Shown: positions 51,269 to 60,611 of the stretch, in pieces
How positions within the stretch are numbered: the stretch's first letter is position 1
How the letters are laid out: every line of letters starts with the position of its first letter
From: Candidatus Bruticola sp.
Lineage (GTDB): Bacteria; Vulcanimicrobiota; Xenobia; Xenobiales; Xenobiaceae
Length of the DNA stretch: 64,000 nt
Direction: 5' to 3'
Assembly: GCA_051874735.1 (NCBI GenBank)
Contig: JBJEGD010000003.1
Span: 11,165 to 75,164 of the forward strand
The notes under the pieces: model-generated
What the model saw: the letters and a program-made list of their open reading frames with translations, nothing else
Databases searched by the model: none
Told to the model about the DNA's origin: nothing
Made by a program: the position numbers and the translations under genes

Positions 51269-51325
51269 ATAATCTTTGTTATTAATATACTACTAAAAAA
51301 GTTGTATATTAATAACAAAGATTAT
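51269..51325. promoter_or_regulatory. Perfect 22-bp inverted repeat, putative Rrf2 operator
   Basis: ATAATCTTTGTTATTAATATAC-13 nt-GTATATTAATAACAAAGATTAT. Confidence 0.7.
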
Positions 51326-51347
51326 AACCTGAAAGATTTGTAATACT

Positions 51348-51791
51348 ATGAAAATTTCTACCCGAGGGCGCTACGGATTGCGCATTCTGATTGATATTGC
51401 TTTATACGATCTAGCTGCTAAACCGCGTATGGTTAAAGAAATTGCAGATAACCAAGGAATTTCACAAAAGTATGTTAGTCGACTCATTATCGATCTGCGT
51501 CGAGCTGGCTTTATCAAATCGGTTAGAGGAGCAGGCGGCGGCTACCGTTTAGCTCAGCCGCCGCAAAAAATCAGTCTACTCCACATTTTAGAAGTTATGG
51601 AAGGTCCAGTGTGCTTAGTCAACTGTACTCCCAACGGCTCTTTGTGTATACGTTCAACGCTTTGTCCAGCTAAAAATATTTGGCAAGAAATTTCTCAAGA
51701 ATTGCGCAGCCTTTTCGCTAAATACACTTTACAAGATTTTCTCAATCAATATATGGCCAACGGAGAATCATTTTTGGATTACTGTATCTAA
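51348..51791 (+). CDS. Rrf2-family transcriptional regulator (IscR/CymR-like)
   Basis: MKISTRGRYGLR, SVRGAGGGYRL, C-terminal Cys cluster. Confidence 0.95.
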   Translation: MKISTRGRYGLRILIDIALYDLAAKPRMVKEIADNQGISQKYVSRLIIDLRRAGFIKSVRGAGGGYRLAQPPQKISLLHILEVMEGPVCLVNCTPNGSLCIRSTLCPAKNIWQEISQELRSLFAKYTLQDFLNQYMANGESFLDYCI

Positions 51792-51825
51792 TGAATACAA
51801 GCTTAAAAAAGCTTGCGACTTTTGC

Positions 51826-51871
51826 AAAAAAAATCCGCTCTTTCTGTCTCAAAAGAAAGCAGCGGATTTTT
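51826..51871. terminator. Bidirectional intrinsic terminator
   Basis: AAAAAAAATCCGCT...AGCGGATTTTT between convergent genes. Confidence 0.8.
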
Positions 51872-51887
51872 AATATAACAGGTATAA

Positions 51888-53876
51888 CTACCAGGGGAAT
51901 AACATTAAAGCTACAGACTTAGTCCAGTAAGCAACCGCTTGATCGAATTTGCCACGCTGATAGTAAAGCGTACCTAAATTATGGTACACATGCCAGAACT
52001 TAGGATTAAGCTGAACAACTTTATCCCATTCTAAACATGCTAGCTCAATCTTGCCCTGCTCTAAATAGGCTTCACCTAAATTATAGTAGGCCTGCCAGTA
52101 TTGACTATTAATGCCCGCTACTCGCTGCCATTCAATAACAGCCGCCTCGATTTGAGCGCGTTGATAATAGTAAGTATTACCTAAATTCCAGTGAGCAGGC
52201 CAATGCTGATCTTCAAACTGGACAGTCTTCTGCCACTGATTGATAGCTTCATCGAACTGAGAGAGATAAAAGTAGGCATTACCCAAATTATAATGCGCCT
52301 GCCAGAATCCGTATTTAGCTTGAGTAGCCTTTTCCCATTCAGGAATAGCCAGTTCTACCTCGCCGCGATCGTAATGCAGATTGCCTAAATTATATCTGGC
52401 TTCAGCAAATTCGGGATTAACTTCCAGACACTTTTGCCACAACTCTACAGCACTATCGACCTCACCATCTTCCATCTGCATACTGCCAATATTATATAAG
52501 GCGATAGCGAACTGAGGATCTAACTCAAGGGCTTTGTTCCAGTAGTCTTTGGCCTCTTCTTTGCGCCCCTTGCGATAATAAGCGTTGCCTAAATTGTACA
52601 GAACTTCAGCGAACTGAGGATTAAGAATTAAGGCCTTCTGCCACTCTTCAATAGCAGAATCGAGCTTACCCAAGCGGAAATAGCCATTGCCTAAATTATA
52701 ATAGGCCGGAGCGAACTTAGGATTTAATACCGTAACTGTGCGGTACTCTTCAATAGATTCAGCTATTTCTCCGTTTCTATAGTGAGCTGAACCTAAATTG
52801 TAGTGAGCTACAAAGTTATTAGGATTTAAATCGACCGCTTTGCCATACTCAGTAATAGCATCGCGAAGACGTCCCATACCATCGAGGGCGGTACCTAAAT
52901 TGTTATGGGTAAGAGCATTGTAAGGGTCAAGCCCTGTAGCCTTATTCCACTCCATAACAGCCAGGTCAAGCTTACCCTGCTTATAGTAGTTATTACCTAA
53001 AATATTATGAAGAGCTGCTTCGGAAGGACTAATTTTGCTAGTGCTACTCGACTCCTCACTAGTTCCTTCAATCTGCAGATCTTTTATTAAATCGGTAACC
53101 GTCTGATAACGCTCACCAGGATCTTTTTTCAAACAACGCAGTATGGCCTGCTCGACATTGCGAGGTATGGCCATATTGTAAGTTGTCGGCGGCTCAGGCT
53201 CTTTTGTAAGGTGGAGTTGAATAACTGCAGGCAGGTTATCCGCAATAAACGGAACACGTCCTGCCATCATTTCATATAACAGAATGCCCAAAGAATAGAT
53301 ATCAGCACGGCGGTCTACCTTTTCACCACGGGCCTGCTCTGGAGAAAAATAAAAACAGGAACCGATGACCTGACCAGGCTGAGTTAAAGTCTGTGAAGCT
53401 TCAACCCAAGCAATGCCGAAGTCCCCCACTTTGACGTCGCCGTTTTCAGTCACCATTATATTGCCCGGCTTTACATCGCGGTGTACGATACCGTGCTGGT
53501 GAGCGTAATCCAGAGCGCGAGCGGCGGGAATAAAAATCTGCAGGGCTTCCTCAACACTAAGGTGCCCGTGCTCCTTCATATATTTATCTAATGAAACGCC
53601 ATGAACGAACTCAAAGACTAAAAAATAGATACCCTCATGTTCGTTGATATCATAAATGGCTGTAATATTGGGATGATTCAAACGCGCCGCAGCCTGAGCT
53701 TCGCGAATAAAGCGATCTTTACACTCAGGGTTGCCAACTAACTGCTGGGAGAGAATTTTAATGGCAACTGAACGGTTTAGCAAAGGGTCGTGCCCTTTGT
53801 AGACGACGCCCATTCCGCCCCGTCCCAGCTCTTCTATAATGTGGTAGCGACCTATAGTCGCACTGACCATTGTCAT
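51888..53876 (-). CDS. Cytoplasmic Ser/Thr kinase with about 11 C-terminal TPR repeats
   Basis: GRGGMGVVY, HRDVKPGN, DFG, YFSPEQ; repeated YNLGN.YY..G...A..EW.K...LNP. Confidence 0.93.
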   Translation of the reverse strand: MTMVSATIGRYHIIEELGRGGMGVVYKGHDPLLNRSVAIKILSQQLVGNPECKDRFIREAQAAARLNHPNITAIYDINEHEGIYFLVFEFVHGVSLDKYMKEHGHLSVEEALQIFIPAARALDYAHQHGIVHRDVKPGNIMVTENGDVKVGDFGIAWVEASQTLTQPGQVIGSCFYFSPEQARGEKVDRRADIYSLGILLYEMMAGRVPFIADNLPAVIQLHLTKEPEPPTTYNMAIPRNVEQAILRCLKKDPGERYQTVTDLIKDLQIEGTSEESSSTSKISPSEAALHNILGNNYYKQGKLDLAVMEWNKATGLDPYNALTHNNLGTALDGMGRLRDAITEYGKAVDLNPNNFVAHYNLGSAHYRNGEIAESIEEYRTVTVLNPKFAPAYYNLGNGYFRLGKLDSAIEEWQKALILNPQFAEVLYNLGNAYYRKGRKEEAKDYWNKALELDPQFAIALYNIGSMQMEDGEVDSAVELWQKCLEVNPEFAEARYNLGNLHYDRGEVELAIPEWEKATQAKYGFWQAHYNLGNAYFYLSQFDEAINQWQKTVQFEDQHWPAHWNLGNTYYYQRAQIEAAVIEWQRVAGINSQYWQAYYNLGEAYLEQGKIELACLEWDKVVQLNPKFWHVYHNLGTLYYQRGKFDQAVAYWTKSVALMLFPW

Positions 53877-54035
53877 GTACTGCTCGGCTCCTTAGCAGAA
53901 TTTAAGCCCGCTTACAAACCTACCCATCCGCTTTGCCGATTACTAAGCAAAGATAAGAAAAAAAACAGCAAGCACAGTAAGCCCAGGTTAGTTTCAACCC
54001 CAATAGGGCAACTTCCTACCGCTAGGCTACTCAGT

Positions 54036-55424
54036 CTACCCACTTATAGCCATTTCCTCTTTAGCTGGATTGTGAGAACCTAAACGCAAATGAGGACATT
54101 CACGCTGCAACCGCTCTATAAAAGCGGGAATACCGAGGCTCTTCTCTTTAGGAAGCTCAATCTGCGCAAAAAGCCAATCGGGATCGATATTTAGATTGCG
54201 CAACTGAATCATATTTACATCTAAACGACGCACCATTTTTATAAGTGCCTCTAATTCGGTCGGAGTATCGTTAAGACCGGGCATCAGCAGTAAATTTATA
54301 GATATCCAAACTCCATGACTGCGCCCCAACTCAATAGTTTGAAGAATATCGGAGAATTTATAACCCTGAGGGCGGTAATAGGCATTATACGTCTCTTCCC
54401 TAGCTGAGCACATGGAAACACGCATAGAATTTAAACCAGCTTCAAAAAGCTTTAGCGCCTTCTGAGGCAGTGATCCGTTAGAATTCATATGCAAAGTGCC
54501 TCTATCAGTATGCTGCCTAATAATTTTGATAGCTTCAGCAGCTCTGTCAGCCTGCAGCAAAGGTTCACCTTCACATCCTTGGCCAAATGTAAAAATAGGA
54601 CGTTCCGCTCTACCTATATGAAAAAGTCCTAATTCCACGATTTCTTCCACCGAAGGAGTAAAGTTAAGGCGAATCTGCGGAGAAGGAGGAGCCCCTTCCG
54701 GCTGTTTGGAAATGCATCCACGACAGCGGGCATTGCACTGAGGCGATATGGGAGCAGCCCCTTCCCAACGTCCATAAAAGATATTTTGGGCGTTGTAACA
54801 ACCGTATTCCTGAGCACAAACTTTTAATTGCCCAAGCAGACGATTATTAGGAAAACGTTTCTCTAATTTTTTTATATCTGAATCCAATTCAGGCAGAGCG
54901 TAGGCGCAAGGATCCCAACGAGGATTTTGTTCCGTGGGTACAGCGGCACACCAAAGTTCACCATGATGGGAAAAAACGGCCGTATATCCAAAAATGGGCA
55001 ACGTATCTGCCCCCTCTTCCACTTCCCAGGCAGGCAGCAGAGTGCGCGTCCAACCTGAAGGAAGCTGAGCGGCCAAAACATAAGCCCCTTCACATACTAG
55101 AGGCTCATTTTCCGTACTCTCACCAACCGGCCAAGCTAAAGGAAAACGGCCAGGCAGATACTGCAACTGAGCTGTCTTGGGCAGCGGAGAAAGCTCGCAC
55201 CTCTTAGGAGGCCTAATTTCTCTTCCGCTTCGAGCAGCTGCCCGCAGTGTAGGTTCATCCCAAAAGTTTCCTTCACTGTCAGAACAAATTAGAGCCCAAG
55301 CTGCTTCAGAAGGGGCATTAAAACTACCATGTCTAACAGAAGCACTAGATGAGCCGCCTTTATCTGAAGCCATTTTACTGTTAGCAGAATTAGAATGTTT
55401 AGAATGATTATGCTTCTTACGCAT
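54036..55424 (-). CDS. Radical SAM protein of unknown function
   Basis: CNARCRGC (CX3CX2C), FGQGCEGEPLL. Confidence 0.88.
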   Translation of the reverse strand: MRKKHNHSKHSNSANSKMASDKGGSSSASVRHGSFNAPSEAAWALICSDSEGNFWDEPTLRAAARSGREIRPPKRCELSPLPKTAQLQYLPGRFPLAWPVGESTENEPLVCEGAYVLAAQLPSGWTRTLLPAWEVEEGADTLPIFGYTAVFSHHGELWCAAVPTEQNPRWDPCAYALPELDSDIKKLEKRFPNNRLLGQLKVCAQEYGCYNAQNIFYGRWEGAAPISPQCNARCRGCISKQPEGAPPSPQIRLNFTPSVEEIVELGLFHIGRAERPIFTFGQGCEGEPLLQADRAAEAIKIIRQHTDRGTLHMNSNGSLPQKALKLFEAGLNSMRVSMCSAREETYNAYYRPQGYKFSDILQTIELGRSHGVWISINLLLMPGLNDTPTELEALIKMVRRLDVNMIQLRNLNIDPDWLFAQIELPKEKSLGIPAFIERLQRECPHLRLGSHNPAKEEMAISG

Positions 55425-57417
55425 TGGGAGTAGCAGCTTCTTTAGCTTTATTTTTGCTTAACAAACTTAAAAATTCTTGATTATTAGCAGTCTTTTTCAA
55501 AGCTTCAACCATAGCTATATTAGGATCACGTTCAGCGTAGCGAATGTCTAAAGTGTGCCTCAAACTAGTTATAATAGAGAGCGTAAAGGCGTCTTGCAGA
55601 TAATCTTCATGACGAGTACCGCTCTTCTTAATATCCATAGCCGGGAAAATTCTTCGTTCTGCCATTTTACGGGAAAGAGTAATTTCGTTGTTTCCCGTAC
55701 CTTTGAACTCTTCAAAAATCACTTCATCCATGCGGGAACCAGTTTCAATTAAAGCAGTAGCTATAATAGTAAGGCTGCCTCCCTGTTCAAATTTACGCGC
55801 AGAACCGAAAAAATGCTTGGGAGTACGCAAAGCTGAAATATCCAGACCTCCAGAGAGAGTGCGTCCGGAATTAGGCACAGCATTGTTACAGGCCCTCCCC
55901 AGTCTAGTGAGAGAATCAAAAAGTATAACTACATCTTTGCCCAATTCAGCTAAACGTCGGGCTCGTTCTAAAACTAACTGAGTAATAAAAGCGTGGTTTT
56001 CCGGTTCTTCATCAAAAGTAGAAGCTATAACTTCACCCTTGATAGAACGCTGCATATCAGTGACCTCTTCAGGTCTCTCATCTACTAAAAGGGCCATTAA
56101 AACAGTATCGGGATAATTAGCCGAAATGCCAGCAGCTATCTTCTTTAAGCAGATAGTTTTACCAGCTTTAGGAGGAGCCACAATTAAAGAGCGCTGACCT
56201 TTGCCTATAGGGGCAAAAAGGTCGATCATGCGGGCGGTCATATCGCCTCCGGAAGTTTCCAAACGGTACCATTCATTGGGAAAAATAGGCACCATCTGAT
56301 CGAAAGAAGGACGGTGGCTTGATCGCTCTACAGGCAAATCGTTGACAGAAATAATTTTCTCTAAATCGTAAGATCGTTCTCCACGCTTCGTCGATTTGAC
56401 TATACCGCAAATTTTGTCACCAATACGCAGAGAATATTTTTTAATAGTTGAATAACCCACATGCACGTCACTAGCACTGGGTTTATAACTGCAACCGCGC
56501 AAAAATCCGTAACTTTGCTGACGAATATCTAAAATGCCGGTAACGATGGGCACATACTCTTCATGCTCTTCCGCATATTCATCGTAAACTTCTTCTGAAT
56601 CGTAGTCGTCGTAGTAGGCCCCATCATAGCGGCTGTAATTATTGTTATTGGCATACGCCGACTGCCGACGGCTGTCATAAACATTATCAATTTCTCGGCG
56701 AGAATAGACATTATCATCGAGATAAACTTGTTTACTGCCCCTTTGAGTATAGCCGTCATCTTCAATATTGTCATAACTGCTGCGGTTCTCAACTGAGCGG
56801 CGAGTCCCAGCCTGAGCTAAACGATTTTGGCGCTGTACGCTATCCTGACGTTCCATGCTTATACGGGGAATATTAGAGCTGCGCCGAGTACGAGACGAAC
56901 TTCTCAGCTCTCCATCTAAATCACCTTCAGTCTCATCTCCTAAATCGAGGCTAGCCTGACTTTCGCTGTAGCGCTCCCTTTGACGCGCCAAATACTGTTG
57001 CTGACGCTGCTTATTGCGTTCACGGCGCGAAGGACGAGCTGTTACTTTTTCAGAGCTTTGCAGGGGGACACACTTATCCTCAATGTCTTCAAGCTCATTG
57101 AGCATGGGATCATTGTAAACAATTTCAACTGATTTAGGTAAGCTTTCTACAGCTTCAGCTTCATCTGAACTATTTTTGCTTATAACAGCTTTATGCTCCG
57201 CCGAGTACTGAGGGCGGCGACCACGTCGAACTTTGTTGACTTCTGCAACTTCAGGCAGTTCTTTCTCAATTTTGTTCTGATTATCTAAAATTATACCTAT
57301 AAGATCTTCATGCTTAAGGCGACTTAATTTAGGGCATTTAATCTTATTGTCTCGTATAATATCCTGCAATTGAGATCTATTATAACAAGTCAACATATCA
57401 AACGTGAGATTAGTCAT
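55417..57417 (-). CDS. rho: Transcription termination factor Rho with long N-terminal insertion
   Basis: YGFLR, PIGKGQR, APPKAGKT, DERPEE, GRTLSGG, EEFKGTGN, SGTR. Confidence 0.97.
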   Translation of the reverse strand: MTNLTFDMLTCYNRSQLQDIIRDNKIKCPKLSRLKHEDLIGIILDNQNKIEKELPEVAEVNKVRRGRRPQYSAEHKAVISKNSSDEAEAVESLPKSVEIVYNDPMLNELEDIEDKCVPLQSSEKVTARPSRRERNKQRQQQYLARQRERYSESQASLDLGDETEGDLDGELRSSSRTRRSSNIPRISMERQDSVQRQNRLAQAGTRRSVENRSSYDNIEDDGYTQRGSKQVYLDDNVYSRREIDNVYDSRRQSAYANNNNYSRYDGAYYDDYDSEEVYDEYAEEHEEYVPIVTGILDIRQQSYGFLRGCSYKPSASDVHVGYSTIKKYSLRIGDKICGIVKSTKRGERSYDLEKIISVNDLPVERSSHRPSFDQMVPIFPNEWYRLETSGGDMTARMIDLFAPIGKGQRSLIVAPPKAGKTICLKKIAAGISANYPDTVLMALLVDERPEEVTDMQRSIKGEVIASTFDEEPENHAFITQLVLERARRLAELGKDVVILFDSLTRLGRACNNAVPNSGRTLSGGLDISALRTPKHFFGSARKFEQGGSLTIIATALIETGSRMDEVIFEEFKGTGNNEITLSRKMAERRIFPAMDIKKSGTRHEDYLQDAFTLSIITSLRHTLDIRYAERDPNIAMVEALKKTANNQEFLSLLSKNKAKEAATPNA

Positions 57418-57667
57418 CTTTATTTAGCCCTTTGGCTTCCTCCTGAACAGCGCAACCTGAATGCTAGGGAGAAACTGAAAGCTCACTCTCTATTACAGTT
57501 TCCCCGGCAGGCATCAACAGCAATAAATATGTTTATAATCTGGTTAAACGATATATGCGGATAAAATAGGCTGTTCTTAGCAGGCTTAAATCCTTCTATA
57601 AGCTCAAGCTACATAGCAGCACAATTTCAAATCCGCGAGCAATATAGTGTAGAACAATATTGTAATA

Positions 57668-58714
57668 TCACTCAGAAGTTCGTATCCTGCGCAGAGACCA
57701 CACTCCCACCGCTGTAAGCAAAATTAGTTCAGCTCCCAAGCAAAGAAAGTTAATTCGCAAATCTGGCCATGAGCCTGAAGCGAACATGATCTTATTAAAT
57801 CCGTCATTTAAATACCAAGAAGGCAGAACATAGGAGATACTGCGCATAAGCTCGTTGTAGTCAGACATGCTTACAGGCATGATCAACATTAAATATATCA
57901 GCGAATTTAAAGCCCCGCAAGCGGACTGGCTCTTTACTAAGAGTCCCAAAACTATTCCTGCTAAAGAGAACAATAAACTCCCCGTGCCAATTAACGCCAC
58001 TAATGGCAAAAATCCGCCGACCTGACCACCACTGAGCAAAGCCACTAAAAACGTAGAAACTGAGGCCAATACAAAACCGCAAAGCACCTTGCCGCTGAGT
58101 ATTTCAACCCAGCTGACAGGAGCCAACAAAACGGCATCTAGAGTTTTATTTTCTATCTCTTCTGCTAACGTGGAAGAAGCCACAGAAAGTGCTCCTAAAC
58201 AAGTAAAAACCATCCAGATAGGAATAAATACTAGCGATATATTTCCCTCAAAGGCGTTAAATTTAGTAACTCTAATATCTGAGGGAATATCTTGACCGGC
58301 CATTTGACGTAGTGCCGTTCTAACTAACTCTCTAGCGGCCATAGATTTAGCTAGACTGCTCTCATCGAGACAAATTTCAAGAACAGGATAAGCACCGCAG
58401 TAAATATCTTCATCGAAATTTGCGTCAATATTGACAGCCATGGTAAGCTGCCGATCTTTGACTTTTCTGCACAGTTCTTCCCAATGGTCAGACTTCTCGA
58501 TGCTACAGCCTCCAAGAAGCTTCATGCAATTAACTAAGCCAGAATCGACCCTACCGCAGACGCCAACTTTAACAAAAACAGAATCGCCTGAATCCATTAC
58601 CTTGGCAAAGAAAACGGTAACCAAAACCGGACCGAGCAACACAAAAAGCAAACTATGCGAACGGAGAGCATCCTTCAAGTCTTTGCACAAAAATGCAAAA
58701 ACGATACGGTACAT
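57668..58714 (-). CDS. ABC-2 type transporter permease
   Basis: KDLKD, EEIENKTLDAVLLAPVS..EILSGK, 6 TMs; start reassigned to ATG 58714. Confidence 0.88.
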   Translation of the reverse strand: MYRIVFAFLCKDLKDALRSHSLLFVLLGPVLVTVFFAKVMDSGDSVFVKVGVCGRVDSGLVNCMKLLGGCSIEKSDHWEELCRKVKDRQLTMAVNIDANFDEDIYCGAYPVLEICLDESSLAKSMAARELVRTALRQMAGQDIPSDIRVTKFNAFEGNISLVFIPIWMVFTCLGALSVASSTLAEEIENKTLDAVLLAPVSWVEILSGKVLCGFVLASVSTFLVALLSGGQVGGFLPLVALIGTGSLLFSLAGIVLGLLVKSQSACGALNSLIYLMLIMPVSMSDYNELMRSISYVLPSWYLNDGFNKIMFASGSWPDLRINFLCLGAELILLTAVGVWSLRRIRTSE

Positions 58715-58985
58715 ATCAATAAAAGCGTGTCCAAAAGTGAAATAACAATGTCGGCGCATTCTACCAAGCAGAGAGCAACCACTGAAGAAAAAGAACACAG
58801 ACACGAACGTGCAGGTACAAAAAAACGAACACCACAACTCGCCGGAATTGCGGCATGCTGGCAGCAACTCAGAATAACAATACAGGGACTCATGTAGCTG
58901 AGCGGTTATTCACTAACTGCGCCGTCATTATGTCAAATAATTTTTAAAATGTCAATAATAGTCCATAATAACCAATTTCTGATAA

Positions 58986-59025
58986 AAAAATAACCGAACC
59001 TGTCTCCTGACAGCCGGTTATTTTT
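58986..59025 (-). terminator. Intrinsic terminator
   Basis: AAAAATAACCG...CGGTTATTTTT. Confidence 0.7.
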
Positions 59026-59049
59026 GGTGTTTTTTGTATAGCTGGACCG

Positions 59050-59682
59050 CTAAGCTTCAGTTGGGATTTCCGATCCGCTTTCGGTATCGGACGCTTCTTC
59101 ATATACAGCGTCTACATCAATAAATTTATGAGACTCTAAATAACTTACCACGCCATCAGATTCAGCAGCAGGTATAGAAGCTATGGTACAAGCAAATCCC
59201 ATTTTACTTTTATCTTTCGTGGCCTCAATAACTTTAAAATTATAACTGTCCTCACTTTTAATACGGGCAGCACACTTCTCGGCGGACTTTTTATCGGGAA
59301 ATTTCTTACGTATTCTAAGAGCAGTACCACCATTAGTGGTTTCTAAGCCCAAACGTTTAATATTCTGCTTTTGAATCAGAGCTTGTCCTAAAGCCTTAAC
59401 CATGGACTGATCCATATCAGCCATAATTAGATAAAAACCGTTAGGAATCTTGAAATTATGTTTAGCACTGGTAGTGCTGATAGTATAACCGCGGCTGCCC
59501 AGGTCTTTTTTCAACTTAGCTACGTTTTTTTCACTGTCAGTATAAGCTACCACTTGTACTGTACGCGAGTCTACTTCGGCAGTTGCTGTACCTACATAAT
59601 AAATAGCTCCTCCGGAAAGCAAAGCAATAACGAAGCTTAGCCCCAGCAACAATCTGCGAATCTGAGTAAGTTCTAAAGTCAC
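59050..59682 (-). CDS. Membrane-anchored hypothetical protein (SPOR-like segments possible)
   Basis: N-terminal TM; FPDKKSAEKCAARIK. Confidence 0.55.
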   Translation of the reverse strand: MTLELTQIRRLLLGLSFVIALLSGGAIYYVGTATAEVDSRTVQVVAYTDSEKNVAKLKKDLGSRGYTISTTSAKHNFKIPNGFYLIMADMDQSMVKALGQALIQKQNIKRLGLETTNGGTALRIRKKFPDKKSAEKCAARIKSEDSYNFKVIEATKDKSKMGFACTIASIPAAESDGVVSYLESHKFIDVDAVYEEASDTESGSEIPTEA

Positions 59683-59791
59683 TGTCCCGTACCTCTGTAT
59701 AAAGGTTCCGCCCGCTTTCTAGAAAATTACGGCTCACTCCTGCCCAATAGGCTACTCCGTTCAAGTCAGCATACCTCTAGACTGAAGAACG

Positions 59792-60610
59792 CTAATCATC
59801 AATAATATTATTGGAAGTAAAATGGCGAAAAAGCTGCTCCAAACCGGGAGCTTGCTGAACTAGACGACCACCACGGCGCACAGTTATCTCTGCAGGCAGA
59901 TATTGACGGCACAAGTCTTGGGGATTACCATGACAGACGATCTGCCCCTGATGAAGAATAGCTATTTGAGCGCACATTTCTTCCGCTTCTTCCAAATAAT
60001 GGGTCGTTAGAAATACAGTGCCTCCCTGAGCGCAGTAATTGTCAATTAACATACGTACCTGACGAGCAGACACCGGATCTAGGCCAGAAGTAGGCTCATC
60101 AAGAAAAAGCATCTGCGGATGGCCTACCATAGCCCTAGCAAAAGCCAAGCGCTGACGCATTCCCTTAGAAAGAGAGGAGACTCTCACGTTGGCCTTATCG
60201 GTCAAATTGACCATATCTAAAAGTTCAGCCGTCCGCATTTCCGGATTATTAACTCCAAAAATACGAGCAAAAAAACACAAGTTTTCAGCAGCAGACAGGC
60301 GCTCATAATGGCCGACATTTTCAGGCATAACACCAATAAGACGGTGCAGCTTATCTCCTTCAACATTAGGATCGCATCCTAATACTTTTACAATGCCATT
60401 TTTTCGGCGCAGCTGCCCGCAAAGAATACGCACGGCAGTAGTTTTACCCGCTCCGTTGACCCCGAGCAAACCAGTTACCTGTCCTCTGTAAACAGTCAGA
60501 TTCAGTCCCTTAAGCACTTCATTAGTACCATAATGGTGGCGCAAATCGCGAATTTCAATTACTGCTTCCAACTTTTCATTATTGTGTACACTATTAGGCG
60601 CATTATTCAT
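59792..60610 (-). CDS. ABC transporter ATP-binding protein (DrrA-like)
   Basis: GVNGAGKT, LSKGMRQR, LDEPTSGLD, TTH. Confidence 0.95.
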   Translation of the reverse strand: MNNAPNSVHNNEKLEAVIEIRDLRHHYGTNEVLKGLNLTVYRGQVTGLLGVNGAGKTTAVRILCGQLRRKNGIVKVLGCDPNVEGDKLHRLIGVMPENVGHYERLSAAENLCFFARIFGVNNPEMRTAELLDMVNLTDKANVRVSSLSKGMRQRLAFARAMVGHPQMLFLDEPTSGLDPVSARQVRMLIDNYCAQGGTVFLTTHYLEEAEEMCAQIAILHQGQIVCHGNPQDLCRQYLPAEITVRRGGRLVQQAPGLEQLFRHFTSNNIIDD

Positions 60611-60611
60611 A

